Part shown: in pieces, positions 25,829 to 40,937 of the stretch
How positions within the stretch are numbered: position 1 is the first letter of the stretch
Layout: each line of letters opens with the position of its first letter
NCBI GenBank assembly: GCA_964016885.1
Contig: OZ024755.1
Span: 6,448,001-6,512,000, forward strand
Direction: 5' to 3'
Origin: Eledone cirrhosa
Lineage: Eukaryota
DNA length: 64,000 nucleotides
Made by a program: the position numbers and the translations under genes
The notes under the pieces: model-generated
What the model saw: only the letters and a program-made list of their open reading frames with translations
Database searches by the model: none
What the model was told of the DNA's origin: nothing

Positions 25829-26699
25829 AAACATTCTAAAATAGTTGAGTTGATTTAAATAGTTAATGATATTTTTATGATACAGCAATTCATTGTCTAA
25901 AATATATAAATATATATATATTCAATGAAATTGAAAAATAAACTTAAATTCATCACAATTATTGGTTAAAATAAAACTGCAACAAATTTAAAATGGTCCG
26001 TAATTTCAAGAAAGGTTTGCAATGATATCTATTATTAAATATATTTGGAAAACTTATTTTCTAGCAATTTTACGAATCAAATTTTCTGTTTCCTCTGTCT
26101 CTTTCACTCTGCGCATCTGTCCGTGTGTCTATGTGTATGCCCGCCGAGCACACGCGTCCACATAAACATACATACTCTTTCTCTAGAAATTTCCAAGTCA
26201 CATTATTTCTGTGTTTCTTTCTAATACTAATTAGATATATATATATATATATGCACAAACACACACATATATATATATGCACACACACAAACACACACAA
26301 AAAACGCACATACTACAACTACTATTTACATAAATATATTTAAAGTAACACATATACACATATTCACGTGTACACATGTTTATTGTATATACTAAGTGTA
26401 CTCTGTATGCTGTCTAAAATTTAACGAGGCAACGAGGAAACATCTCCAAGCTATAACAACAATCCAGCAAGTATTTTTCACATAAAATAAAAATGGAAGC
26501 AATAATTACACCGTAATTGTGTTTTTCCTGAGACTCAGTATTATTTTAGCACGACTCAATTACAATATCATAAACATAAAAATACTAAATGTCTTTTATA
26601 ATACTCACCAATTTAAATATGTTTCTAGTTGACTATTATATTCATATAATACTCCGTTCCTTTACATGTAGTTTATTATTTCAGATGTAGAAAATGTGT

Positions 26700-26925
26700 T
26701 GGTAGAATTGTTAGAGCCTCAGAGGAAATAACCAGTGAAGCATTTCGTTATGCTCCTTAATGTTCTTCTATAAAATACCGCCGAGGTCAAATTTTCATTT
26801 CAGTATTCCGAAGTCAATAAAATAAAGTCCCAGTAATGTACTGGGGTTGGTGTATTCTACTTTTCCCTCCCCATACAAAAAAAAAAAAAATATTAAATAT
26901 TGCGCCTAAATTATAAACCATTATT
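26700..26925 (+). mobile_element. Older SINE family A-related copy
   Basis: ggtagaattgttagagcctcaga...ccgccgaggtcaaattttcatttca...gtcaataaaataaagtcccagtaatgtactgggg. Confidence 0.65.
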
Positions 26926-26931
26926 TCAAAT

Positions 26932-27045
26932 GTTCAAATTCCGCTGAGGTTAACTTTGCCTTTCATCATTACGGGATCGATAAAATAAAGCACCAGTAAT
27001 ACACTGGATAATTGCTGTCCTTGTGCCAAAAGTAGAAACAATTAT
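26932..27045 (+). mobile_element. 5'-truncated SINE family A copy with TSD
   Basis: Body match. 14-bp TSD attatttcaaatgt at 26920-26933 and 27041-27054. Confidence 0.85.
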
Positions 27046-28344
27046 TTCAAATGTGGATGCAGCATGACTGAATGGTTAAGGAGGTGACTTTTCAATCATA
27101 AAGTCCTGAGTTTGATCTCTCATCGTCACAACTTGAACAACCTTCATTTGGCTCGAACCAAGCTCCGTGAGTTGAGCTGAGTTGACGTCAACTGTATGGA
27201 AGCCCGTTGGATGTTCTACACTTCTATTTCAAAAGGTAAGCTGTGTCATATACTGCACGTTAATTTCATGAGAAGAATATTCTATTGATTGAAAATATTG
27301 ATCATTCATGGAAGGTCCATTATTTTATTTCAGGTGATTTCAACAGGGTCTAGTATTATTTCACAAAAAATATTAGACGCAATTGATTGTAGCATTGTGC
27401 TCATAATCCTAAAGGTAATTGTGAAAATAAGATAAATGTATTTCCCTATTGCTCAATGATTTCAATGGATCTATAAGCAGTCACTCCTCATTTAACGATC
27501 ATATTATTTAACGACCGCTCACTCTTACAAGCGTAACGGTTTTTCCTTTACACATATCTATATTTTATGTACATTTAAACATTTTTTTCTTTTGTCAGTT
27601 TTCTATGTTAAGTATTTGTGACTTTTCTTTATTTGCTAAACACTTTGTTTCAAAAACACTTTGTAAGAATTTTGCAATATAACGATTAGTTCGGTGGAAT
27701 GGAAGCCGGTTGTTAGGTGAGGAATGGCTGTACAGCTTTCTAACATTTCCAGAAGCAAATTGGAAGGAAACATTTCCAAGCTCTATAATAAATACGCTAA
27801 CGTGTAAGATAACATCCTGCATCGACCTAGCTGACTTACAAATTATATTTTAAAATCAATTACTTCATTTGTTTCATCTGAAATTTCTGAAACGAGAATC
27901 AAATATTCTTTCCACTATTTAGAAATTTGAATTAGTTATCTTTAAAGTTTACGTTCTTAAATGAATCTTTAATCTCTTGTCAACATTTCTATTGTCATGT
28001 GGATCATAAATATTTTACATGAATGATGTCTGTTCGTCTGCTAATTAGCTTATTTAAAACTCAAAAACTTTTAGAGCTATTACAAAATTATTGTTTCCGT
28101 TTTCTAAAATTTGTTCCGGGTCTCTGGGTTCTAAGTTCGAATACAGCATTTCATAAAAGGTTTCTGGGGTGTTCTTTTCTGTTATGGTCACCCACCCCTA
28201 TCACAAACACCAGTATCAACTTAACATAGATAGCAACCCAGTCCAGCTGGAGCAACCAAGCCTTTATAATTATGAATCCAACACCGTAGCCATAAGGTCC
28301 AGCCTCTTCACATTATAATTGTAATATCTATTAACATACCAAAT

Positions 28345-28531
28345 ATAATTGTTTCTACTTTTTGCACAATGCCAGCAATTATTCCAATGTATTACTGGTA
28401 CTTTATTTTATCGACCCAGTAAGGATGAAAGGCAAACTTAACATCGGCGGGATTTGAACTCAGACTATAAAGGGCCGTAACTCTTTGCTGCAAAGCATGG
28501 CGTCCGACCTTCTACCGATACAGCCAATCCA
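28345..28531 (-). mobile_element. Near full-length SINE family A copy
   Basis: Complete reverse-complement match to the body. Confidence 0.9.
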
Positions 28532-28839
28532 TATAATGTTGGTTTTATAGATGCAGAATAAAAGTATGTTACACTAACAAGAGAGATAATTTATGCATGA
28601 TGTCTACATCATTATAACAGAGTGTATTATTTGTAATCGAGAATTACAATTGCTTGCTCTCTTATATTGTAGAGAACTTACTGTCTGGACCAGGATGGTG
28701 GTCACATAAAGATTCATTATAAAATTGACTTTGTCTGTTTATATCAGTTCTTTTGATTGATTTAGAGAGGGGGAGAAAGAGAGAAAGAAAAGAAGATAAC
28801 GGGAGACGAAGAAAACACAAAAGAAGAGATAGAAGAAGC

Positions 28840-28949
<110 letters not shown>

Positions 28950-29694
28950 GCACTACTATTTACATAAATATATTTAAAGCCACATATACACACACACATC
29001 TTTCTCTCTGTATATATATAGAGAGAGAGAGAGAAACAGACAGCAAACAGAGAAAGAAAGTGTAAGAAAGAAATAAAGAGATAGATAGAGAGATAACGAG
29101 GGAGAGAGTTTATAATGTTTTTACTTATAATTCTTGGTCATATTCTGTTATCAATGATATTAATTCTCACGGGAGGAGTTCCATTCTCATTGTTAATGTA
29201 TAAGACGGAACGAAATGGCGGTGTGCATATTTTTACGAGACACCCTGGCTGTGAGAGAAATAAACAGATGACAATAATGTAGTTAGCGTTCAGTTTGAGT
29301 ACTTGCAACTTAGCGACTGGGGATGGAAACCATGGCAACAACGATGAGGAATCGTTAGGAAATCTAATAAGTGTGAAATCTATGATAACATAGGAAAAGT
29401 AGAGATGTGTGGAAGTTTGAAGAGCAGTGAATATGTCAGTAGGTTCAGATGAGCAGCAGAGAATTTGTAGGAGCTGTAGAATATGTCATTTTGTATTTCT
29501 TGAAGTAATACCACTTGCTTTGTAAAGGGAAGTAATATAGTTTCAGACATTGAAGGTCCTTTGCAGAGCACATTAAACATTTCAAGTCATTGAAAGTGCG
29601 CTGCTTGGTGGGTAGATTGTTGATCATAATGTTAAGGGTTCGAATCTTGGACCGGGTAGGTTTTATATTCTTGATTCTATGTTACAACCAGCAA

Positions 29695-29812
29695 ATAATT
29701 GTTTCTACTTTTGGCACAAGGCCAGCAATTATCCAGTACATTACTGGTATTATAATTTATCGACCCCGTAAGGATGAAAGGCAAAGTTTACCTCGGCGCG
29801 ATTTGAACTCAG
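29695..29812 (-). mobile_element. 5'-truncated SINE family A copy
   Basis: Reverse-complement match to the body, with cagcaaataat on both sides (TSD). Confidence 0.85.
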
Positions 29813-29868
29813 CAAATAATATCAGCAACGCAGCAATGAAAAGACCAATTGAAACATTTCAAGGTTAA

Positions 29869-30013
29869 TGGATTAGCAGTATCGGTAGAGGGTCGGACGC
29901 TAAACTTTGCAGCATAGTGTTACCTCCCTTTAAGGTCTGAGTTCAAATCCCGCCGAGGTTAAATTTGCCTTTCATCCTTACGGGGTCGATAAAATAAAGC
30001 ACCAGTAATGCAC
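29869..30013 (+). mobile_element. SINE family A copy, 3' end cut off by the adjacent P1 fragment
   Basis: tggattagcagtatcggtagagggtcggacgc...ggggtcgataaaataaagcaccagtaatgcac. Confidence 0.85.
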
Positions 30014-30016
30014 AAA

Positions 30017-30257
30017 GGAACTGGAATCATATCATGATTCCAGTTCGTTTCAGGACTAACAACACACCCAGGAGCTGGACATATCGATGTATTAACATGT
30101 AGAACCCATTACAACACCATCTTTTCCTGTGTTTTCTGCCTAAATTCGTACTGCCTGATGAGGTCACAGCCAATAATGGCTGTCACTGAAATATATATAG
30201 CAGAGAATTAGAATAAACGAAGCCAACTTTAACATGTTTGATTACACTTATTATTGT
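30017..30257 (+). mobile_element. Penelope-like pLTR fragment, family P1, with short 5' inversion
   Basis: gaactggaatcat/atgattccagttc inverted pair at the 5' end. Homologous to 19483-19706 and runs into a (TA)n array. Confidence 0.7.
30151..30203 (+). ncRNA. Minimal type I hammerhead ribozyme (family P1)
   Basis: ctgc-CTGATGA-ggtcacagcca-ataa-tggctgtcact-GAAA-tatata-TA-gcag. Confidence 0.8.
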
Positions 30258-31148
30258 ATATATATATATATATACATATATAATGTATATATATATATAT
30301 AAGGTATATATATATAAGGTATATATATAAGGTATATATATATATATATATATATAAGGTATATATATATATAAGGTATATATATATATATATAAGGTAT
30401 ATATATATATATATATAAGGTATATATATATATATAAGGTATATATATATATATAAGGTATATATATATATATAAGGTATATATATATATAAGGTATATA
30501 TATATATATAAGGTATATATATAAGGTATATATATATATATAAGGTGTACATATATATATATAAGGTATATATATATATATATATATAAGGTATATGTAT
30601 ATATATATATAAGGTATATGTATATATATATATAAGGTATATGTATATATATATATAAGGTATATGTATATATATATATAAGGTATATGTATATATATAT
30701 ATAAGGTATATGTATATATATATATAAGATATGTATATATATATATAAGATATGTATATATATATATAAGATATGTATATATATATATAAGATATATATA
30801 TATATATAGAAGGTATATATATATATATATAGAAGGTATATATATATATATAGAAGGTATATATATATATATATATAAGGTATATATATATATATATATA
30901 TAAGGTATATATATATATATATATAAGGTATATATATATATATATAAGGTATATATATATATAAGGTATGTATATATATATAAGGTATATATATATATAT
31001 ATAAGGTATATATATATATATATATATAAGGTATATATATATAAGGTATATATATATATATATATATTATGTATATATATATATATATATAAGGTATATA
31101 TATATAAATATATATATATAAGGTATATATATATAAATATATATATAT

Positions 31149-31191
<43 letters not shown>

Positions 31192-31200
31192 GTATATATA
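30258..31200. repeat. (TA)n array punctuated by AAGG (locally AAGA/GAAGG)
   Basis: Directly visible in the sequence. Confidence 0.95.
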
Positions 31201-31699
31201 TGCATGTATGTAAGTAAGTCTGTATCTAAGTCTCATGAATATATGCATATATATATATATGTATGGATGTAAATAACTATATATGGACGCAAGTATGTGT
31301 ATATGTATACTTGCATATATATGTGTAATGTAATCTTAATATAACGCTAACGCTAAAATTTCAACAACATGGATTGTATTAGAATATACAAACTAATCTT
31401 TTGTTGTACTGGGTGACCAGATATCAATAAATAATGCAGTAGTTCTCGTGGTTTAACACATACATACCCGACACACTATCTAAACACCAAGCCTCAAATA
31501 CACACAGGCATATATATATGTATACGTATACGCACACATATATATATATACACACACACCCATATATATATATCCTATAAATAAATAAATATATATATGT
31601 ATAATACATATATGTGTATATATGCATATATTGTATAAATAAATGAATATATATATATGTACATATATGTATATATATATATGTGTGTGTGAGTGTATA

Positions 31700-31719
31700 A
31701 TGTATATATATGTATAATG

Positions 31720-31752
<33 letters not shown>

Positions 31753-32131
31753 GTATATAATATATATATGTATATATATGTATATAATATATATATAATA
31801 TATATGTATATAATATATATATAATATATATGTATATAATATATATGTATATAATATATATGTATATAATATATATGTATATAATATATATATAATATAT
31901 ATGTATATAATATATATGTATATAATATATATGTATATAATATATATGTATATAATATATATATAATATATATGTATATAATATATATAATATATATGTA
32001 TATAATATATATATAATATATATGTATATAATATATATATAATATATATGTATATAATATATATAATATATATGTATATAATATATATATAATATATATG
32101 TATATAATATATATATAATATATATGTATAT

Positions 32132-32163
<32 letters not shown>

Positions 32164-32445
32164 TATGTATATATATATACTATATAATATATATATTATG
32201 TATATATATATATTATATATATGTATATATGTATATACTATATATTATATATATGTATATATATATATATACTATATATTATATATATTATGTATATATA
32301 TATATATATATTATATATATTATGTATATATATATATACTATATATTATATATATTATGTATATATATATATACTATATATTATATATATATATATATAT
32401 AATATATATATATATAACATATAGTATATATATATATATATACAC
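31700..32445. repeat. (TA)n-derived array (TATATAATATATATG units)
   Basis: Directly visible in the sequence. Confidence 0.95.
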
Positions 32446-33247
32446 ACAACGAACGTTGTACATTTATATATATTTATATATTACATATATATTATATATA
32501 CATTTTTTTTTTGGTTTCGTATTCTAGTTGTACTACAACACATTTCTTTGTATAAGAATGCATTGGATTGTTTTATTTTGTTCTGTTTTGTTTGTTTGTT
32601 TTTTTTACAATATTGCACCAGATTTGTGTTTTTATTTCTTACTTTTGCTTGTTTGTTTTATCATTTCCTTTTGCATAAACAATATTACTATTGTTTTTTT
32701 GTTTCTCTTCCACGTCTTTTCTCTTTATTATGTTAACCCTTTTCTGTTATAAAACATAATACTGTATACTTCTGTTAGCTAATAGATTTTTGCTTTCATC
32801 TTCAGTAAAATAAATGAACACCACATTTAAAACATTCGAAACCATATTTCTAATGAACGACATTACCTATTGATTTACACTTTCTTTCTTTTTTTAATAA
32901 TAACAATAAAAAATTTTGAGGAATTTAGTAATATATATTTTTCATTATTTATCGGATAGTTGGAAGAATATTTAATAAAGGTTTCTTTTTTAAAGTTAAC
33001 TCAATGACCTTTGTCTGCACTTCCCATGTATCTTTCGCATTATACTCCATATTTTTTTTTTTTTTGCTCTCAGAAAATAAAATATTCGATATGTTCGAGT
33101 GTATTAATTTATTTCTTATATTGCAGCTGATCAATGTGGTCAAGTTGGTAAAATCAATGTAGCATTGGGTATTTGTTCCGGGTCTTTCAGTTCAAATTCT
33201 TTGTATTTCATATTTTCGTTTGTCAATAACAAAATTACCAGTCGGCT

Positions 33248-33385
33248 GAAGTTAGCTTTACCTTTCATCTTCACTGGGTCGATAAAATAAAGTACCAGTA
33301 ATGTACTGGGGTCGATTTAATCGACCCCCCCCCCCTCCCCCACCTACCACCAAATTGCTGGCCTTGTATCTATAATAGAAATCAT
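33248..33385 (+). mobile_element. 5'-truncated SINE family A copy
   Basis: gttagctttacctttcatc...gggtcgataaaataaagtaccagtaatgtactggggtcgatttaatcgac...aaattgctggccttgt. Confidence 0.8.
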
Positions 33386-33403
33386 CATTTTAGTTTTTTC
33401 TGA

Positions 33404-33638
33404 GGGCAGTGGATTGGCTGTATCGATAGAGCGTTGGACAACATGCTTTCTGGCATAGAGTTATGGCCCTTTACGATTTGAGTTCAGATTCTGCTGAGGT
33501 TAGCTTTGCCTTTCATCCTTACGGGGTCGATAAAATAAAGCACCAGTAACGTACTGGGGTCGATTCAATTGACTTCCCCTCCTCCTAAATATTTGTTAAC
33601 CTAAATTGCTGGCCTTGTGCCTAAATCAGGAACCATTA
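33404..33638 (+). mobile_element. Full-length SINE family A copy (long variant)
   Basis: gggcagtggattggctgtatcgatagagcgttggac...ggccttgtgcctaaatcaggaaccattat. Approximate TSD cat(c/t)attttagtttt. Confidence 0.85.
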
Positions 33639-33959
33639 TTTTAGTTTTCTCTCCGAAAATACTCGACGTGTTCAGATATATTGATTTCCTTCTTATATTT
33701 GTACCAGGTCAGATAATTTAGAGACATTGGCGAGTGTAGTCGATGGAAATAACTAATCCAATATATGTTTGGTATTTACTTTACTTTGGATCATCCTGCT
33801 GGAGTAATTAACATGCACTTGACTGAACATTCCAAATACATGTGTACATTTAATTTATTTCACGGGGAGATTCAGCCTGACTCAGCTGGTCCTTCGAATT
33901 AGAGTGAACAGGGATATTAAGCCCCAAGGGGAATTAATCTCCACTACACTACAAATGCA

Positions 33960-33996
<37 letters not shown>

Positions 33997-34905
33997 GCAT
34001 TTGTAATGTGGGGCTTTTCCCCTATAGGTACAACTCATTTTTGCCAAGGACACATTGTGAGCCTAACCACTTGGGTTTAGTTCAAAACCGTTGCGTAAAG
34101 GCAAATAGTATGGGTAATAATGCAATCCACCACAAGAATTAAACTCAGATTCAATATAGATAGGAGCCAATCGTTAGATAAGACGGAGAATATTGACTTC
34201 GACGAGCCTTAGTCAAAGCAAACTCCAACTTCCTAATGACGCTGTACACCCACCACCCATGGGAAAGGTTGATTTTAATGGACTGTGGGTGGTTCTATAT
34301 TGGATTAAGTAAAGCTCTGATGTGTCAGAGTCGTTAGAAGGTCGCATGTATCTCTAGAAACTAATTGGCTCTGAGTTAAAATCCCTCTGATGTCAACTCA
34401 GCTTCTTATATTTCGAGTACCAGGGTCGATTTTCCTCTCTTCCTCTTTATCATTTTCTCTATGTTCTTGTCTGGAGAGGGCTGGACTCCACCAGCTGTAA
34501 CACATCCCTACGACATCACCAAGTGTTATAGACCTTTTACTTATTTACTTTTACTGCACTAAGTGGAGATTTTCAGATAAGAATGATGAAGTTTACTATT
34601 ATAATGTACTCATTGACTTTACCTATTAAAGATAAGAATTATATTTTTGTTCTTATTTTTCATTTAGTCTCACATCTGAAAGCTTTCATATGTATCCTGT
34701 GGTAGTAAGAAGTTAACACACGTAGACATATATATTCATATTGGAATAATACGTATGCACACTAATATATGTGTACAACTTGAATATAGAATTTGTATAT
34801 ATGTGTAATATTTATGTGTGTGTGTAACCACAGTTAAAAATGGAACTCAATACAAGAGTAGAGCATATGTATCTTTATTATATGTATATATATATATGAT
34901 TTGAA

Positions 34906-35115
34906 GGCCTGTGGCTGAGTGGTTAGAGAATTGGATTAGCAATTGTGAGGTTGTGAGTCGATTCCCGGACCGGGCGATGCATTATGTCCTTGAGCAAGAT
35001 ATTTTATTTTCCGTTGCTCCTTCTACCTGGAGTTGCGACCGATTGATAGTATTAGCAATTGGAAAGATCAATGGAAACATTGTTTCGTCGGTCCGATTTG
35101 ACGAAAGTCGATCGA
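34906..35115 (+). mobile_element. tRNA/CORE SINE family D
   Basis: Aligns end to end with 20457-20657. Confidence 0.8.
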
Positions 35116-35206
35116 CTGTCGATATATGATTTCTACAAGACTGTTTCATTCCTATGGAATCCTGATAATTTCACATATATATATATATGTGTGTTTGTGT
35201 GTGTGT

Positions 35207-35490
35207 GGAGGCACGTGGCCTACTGGTAAGGGTGTTGGACTTACGATCATAATGTCGTGGATTCGATTCCTGTATTGCGTGTTGTGTTCTTGAGCAAAAC
35301 ACTTCATTTCACGTTGCTCCAGTATACTCAGCCGAAAATGAGTACCAGCAATAGCTGGAGGTTTAACCCTGTGATGGACTGGCGTCCTGTCCAGGGGGGA
35401 GTCTTGTACTCTCATACGCTTCACGCCATAAAACCGGGATAAGCACCGGCAAATGAGCCTTCTGGCTTAAGATAGACTTTAGACTTTTTT
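35207..35490 (+). mobile_element. Full-length tRNA-derived CORE-type SINE, family B
   Basis: A-box-like tggcctactggt, B-box ggattcgattcc and a CORE-like segment. Aligns with 2407-2674 (-). Confidence 0.85.
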
Positions 35491-35906
35491 TTAGTGTGTG
35501 GAGAGAGAGAGAGAGAGATGGGGTTGCATGGAAGTAGACGGATAAAAAAACATAATTCTCGCTGATATGATATATGGCTATGTATTCAGTTGAGTAAAAA
35601 TGTACTTGTTAGTTCTCTAAGAGCCATAGATTAAGAGAGACGAAATGGAGCATATCCTTTCACGACTAAGAGCAACACTGTCCATTAAGTAAGGTCGTAA
35701 AATTCTATTTTAAAACATACATCCAGATATATTATAAACCAATGAACCGACGCCATTGGATTAAGTAAACAAAGTGTCTTATTTCATAGAATATTAGGTA
35801 AATATTATATGTGTGTATAAATATGTCTAGGCGTCACCATTTATATGTATGCATCTCGACAACTTAGTGTAGAAGTGTGAAGATATATATATACGTGATT
35901 CCCGTG

Positions 35907-36064
35907 TTCAATCGTACAGTAAGGTACTCAATACATTAGTATAGTGTAAACATGTTTAATATAGAAATAGATTCTACAGGACTAGAACTGTTTCATTCAA
36001 AAGAAATCATCAGGAAAGCCCTCATGATTTTTTAAATGGAACAGTTCTAATCCTATAGAAGGCA

Positions 36065-36072
<8 letters not shown>
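35907..36072. mobile_element. Fold-back Penelope-like fragment, family P2 (diverged)
   Basis: tctacaggactagaactgtttcattc...aatcatcagg is inverted against cctcatgattt...ggaacagttctaatcctataga. Ends in (TA)n. Confidence 0.7.
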
Positions 36073-36112
<40 letters not shown>

Positions 36113-36278
36113 CGATTGGTGCTCTGAAATAGCGATGTATACATGAATGTATGTATAGTATGTTTGGCAATATACCGTATGTTTAATTAAACACATTTAG
36201 AAGACCATATGCTATCAGTTTTAAAGTAGTGACTATGTCACTTACTTCTTTTCGGCGAAAGAAGGGAGAGAAGCTGAC

Positions 36279-36336
<58 letters not shown>

Positions 36337-37239
36337 AACGGCAACATCGTTTGAAGCCGACTCTTCATGATCTACAAAAAGAAAACATAAAACAAACAGA
36401 AAAGACCGGCAACTCCGACAACACAGCCTCAATCTACACCACCACTACCATTACTGCTAATATCACTTCCAACATCATTGCTATTAACATCACTTCCAAA
36501 CACCAATATCACTTCTACTGTAATCACTACCATCAGTACTAGTATCCACTAATACTGACATACATACATTCATCACCATAAAACACTACCATTACCACAA
36601 GAGGAAAACCATAAAAATAACATCAATGCCGAATAAGCTGTTTATATCTACAAACATCATCAGAAAAAATAATCCCTAAACGACCGTAACATCTTTTCAA
36701 ATATGTCTCATATTATAACTGATGATATTGTCTGTATCTCTTAACGTACAATTCCTTCGGAAAATTAACTAAATGTTGTTTACACTTCTAAGTTCACGCT
36801 TAAATCTTCTAAAAATACGTTAATGAGCAACTAGGGAGACATTAGCGTAATGCTTATACGTACACGCCTGGAATACTAGAGGCAAGGGGTTCGATTTTTC
36901 ACCGATATCTCTATATAATGTTTTCAGCCTCTGGGGATACATTAACCGACGTATTCAAGTATTATTTATAATTATCAATTTTTATTATAGTTATATGCAT
37001 CATGGCGACCACATTTTCAAAATATATATATATTTTATTTTTTCGTTATTTTGGAAGAAGGAGGGTCTAAATTAATAGACGAATAGTTTTTTTTTTCATC
37101 ATTCTGTTTTAATTGTAGTTGTTTTGTTGAATTACCTACAAAGATCTTCGAGTGATCGATATTAGATGTGGCTGCTTTTTACTGTGACCAACGTTTTACT
37201 TAAAAAGTAGAACATTTAATTATAAAAAACAACAACTGA

Positions 37240-37383
37240 TATATATATATATATATATATACATGTGTGTATGTGTGTATATATACACATATATATATAT
37301 ATAGGTATATATATGTGTGTGTGTGTGTGTATATGTATATATATGTATATATGTATGTATGTATGTATATATATGTATGTATG

Positions 37384-37416
<33 letters not shown>

Positions 37417-37509
37417 GTATTTATATATATATGTATATATGTATGTATATATATATGTGTGTATGTATATATATATATATATATGTATGTATATATGTAT
37501 ATATGTATG

Positions 37510-37541
<32 letters not shown>

Positions 37542-38061
37542 TGTATATGTATGTATGTATGTATATATATATATATATGTATGTATATATATATATGTAT
37601 GTATATATATATATGTATGTGTATGTATATGTATGTGTATGTATATATATATATGTATGTGTATGTATATATATATGTATGTGTATGTATATATATGTAT
37701 GTATATATATATGTATGTGTATGTATATATATATGTATGTGTATGTATATATATGTATGTGTATGTATATATATGTATGTGTATGTATATATATATATGT
37801 GTGTATGTATATATATGTATGTGTATGTATATATATGTATATATATGTATGCGTATGTATATATATGTATGTATATATATGTATGTGTATATATATGTAT
37901 GTATATATATGTATGTGTATATATATATATGAATATATGTATGTATATATATATATATGAATATATATATGTATATATATATATGAATATATATAGGTAT
38001 ATATATATATATATATGAATATATATATAGGTATATATATATATATATGAATATATATAGG

Positions 38062-38095
<34 letters not shown>
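37240..38095. repeat. Compound TA/TATG/TGTA array
   Basis: Directly visible in the sequence. Confidence 0.95.
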
Positions 38096-38684
38096 CATTT
38101 GCTACCTATTGTATGTGTTATTTCATTGAGATAAAGAAGTGTTACCATTGTCAATAGAGATTGCCCTAAAGCCATTCCTCCAGTCCTGTTTATCTTAGTG
38201 ATACTCAATACCTGAATTCCCACGTCTCCTCGTTGCTAATTTTATTTATGTGTTCTGTTCGTTGTTAGAGCCACCTTTTTTCTTTAATTATCTCCCTTGA
38301 TTTCTTGGCGTTTTGCGTTTTTTAACTTCCATGGTTTGGTTTTGTATTTTTTAGTTTTGGCTCTTACTTTCCTTTTTAATCATTTTCAGTTTGAGGTTTG
38401 CAGTTTGCTGTTGGTTTATATTTACGTTGCGTTTGCTTTCATTTATATTATTAGTCTTTACATTTTAGCTTCCATTTTTGTTTTATTTATTAATGTTTTT
38501 TTTTTATTAATGTAGTTATTCATTTTTGTAGATTTTTTTTTTTTTTTTTTTTTTTTTTTCTATTTGAGGGATGGAGAGTGGTACCTTTCTGTGTCAGTAT
38601 TTAGCTTTTTTTATTTTTTTATTTTTTACATTTATATTTTGCTATCAATATGAGTGATGTTTATACAATTTCTATTATTATTAC

Positions 38685-38733
<49 letters not shown>

Positions 38734-38983
38734 ATTATTATTGTTGTTGTTATTATGATTATTACTGTTGTTGTTCTTCTTCTTCTTCTTGTTATTTTAG
38801 TGTGTATTCATACACAGTTGTTTTTTTATAGCTATTAAACATTTTGCTTTTTTTGTTGTTGTTATTGTTGTTGTTGTTTTCATTTCCTTCTGGGTCTTTT
38901 ATTGTTTGTTGTTTTGGATACAGAACATTGATTAAACTTCCTTTTGCGAAAATCATAGAAAGTGTTACTTTGTTATCAGTAAC

Positions 38984-39041
<58 letters not shown>

Positions 39042-39106
39042 GTGTGTTTATATATGTGTGTGTTTATATATGTGTGTTTACGTATATATATTCACATATA
39101 TATATA

Positions 39107-39141
<35 letters not shown>

Positions 39142-39272
39142 GAGTATACATATATTCATGTATATATAAATATATATGTATATATATGTATGTAAAACGT
39201 AAACAGAAATAACAACACAATCGGTACAGTATATGGAAGGTATATATATATATATATATATGCATACTTACA

Positions 39273-39330
<58 letters not shown>

Positions 39331-39669
39331 TACTTACATATATGTACATGTATATATATGTGTATATATATCTGCAGGTTATGCTGCTGTTACCATGAAT
39401 TGGAAAACAAATCCATCATTGTCTGCTCAATAATAGATTGGCCGACATTTTGTTTATGTAGATTTTGTTAGATATCAAGAGATATTGCAATGACTATAAT
39501 AGCCAAAGCTCCCGTGTGTATTTGAGATGTTTTCTACACGTCTCAATACATGGACAATTCCATTATGTTCGACCTAATTCTCTTTTCTTTGTCAGCTTAG
39601 AAGATGACCCATTGACCTCAGTATGAAGTAATGTCATCCGCAATTTTTCTGAAACTCCATACAACGTCG

Positions 39670-40136
39670 GATTCTCTCACGCTCTTACCCCTCTTTATAT
39701 CTCTCACTCTCTCTCTTTTATCCCTCTTTATCTCTCACTCTCTCTCTCTCTCTCTCTCTGTCTCACTCTCTCACATCCCTCCCTATCTCTCTCTCTCCCT
39801 CTCCCATTCCTCTTTCTCTTTCTTTCTCTCATCCCTCTTTAGCTCTCTCCCATCTCTAGCTCACTCCCATCTTTCTTCATCTCTCTCTCTCTTTCATCTT
39901 TCTCTCCCATCCACTATTTCTCTCTCTTTCTCTCACGCTCCCACTTTCTCTCTGTCTCACTCTCGACCACTCTTTCTGTCTCTCTCTCTCCCACCCTTTT
40001 TTACCTTTCTCTTTCTCTCGCCCACTCTGTTTCCCTCTTTCACACCCACACACACTCTCTCTCTCTCATACTATTTCTCTCTCCATCTTTCTCACTTCCA
40101 ATCCTCTTTAACTCTCTCTCTCTCCCATCCACTCTT

Positions 40137-40169
<33 letters not shown>

Positions 40170-40185
40170 CTCCCTAGCTCTTTTT
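39670..40185. repeat. Polypyrimidine (CT-rich) low-complexity tract
   Basis: Directly visible in the sequence. Confidence 0.85.
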
Positions 40186-40569
40186 CAATCATTACTATTA
40201 TATTCATTATTTCACGTTTCCAAGCAATAAGCTACAGAATGCCATTATAATGTTATGTGTGTATTTCTACTGTATGCTATGTATATATATGTTATGTATA
40301 TATATATATGTTATGTATATATGTTATGTATATTTATGTTATGTATACCTATGTTATGTATATCTATGTTATATATTTCTATGTTATGTATATATATATG
40401 TTATGATATCTATGTTATGTATATATATATGTTATGTATATGTTGTGTTGGTTGAAGAGATGAAAAACGTGGCTTAACCGATAAATGAAGATCAAATTAT
40501 GTTTGTTACTGTGGCAAACTCTGTCTCTGAGTTTTTGTGTTTCTGCCTGTGTGTGGCACAGACACACAC

Positions 40570-40622
<53 letters not shown>

Positions 40623-40862
40623 TAGATAGATAGATAGATACGTATATATATATATATCTGTGTATGTATATGTATATATATATATATGTATAGATGTAAA
40701 TATATGTATATATATATATAGTAATAATAAAAATTTGAAGACTAAAATCCAAAGAGGGCTCGATAAGGATAAATATATATCAAATATATAAGAACCGTAG
40801 AGCAAATATTTATTAAGGGTGAAAGCAGTGATTCTTTGCTTAAACTTTAATCTGTTATTTTA

Positions 40863-40928
<66 letters not shown>

Positions 40929-40937
40929 GTATATATA

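Noticed and set aside
35207-35275. tRNA gene (also ~19760-19825, 20457-20520, 34906-34970)
   Set aside because: A/B boxes are present but no complete cloverleaf. They continue into SINE bodies.
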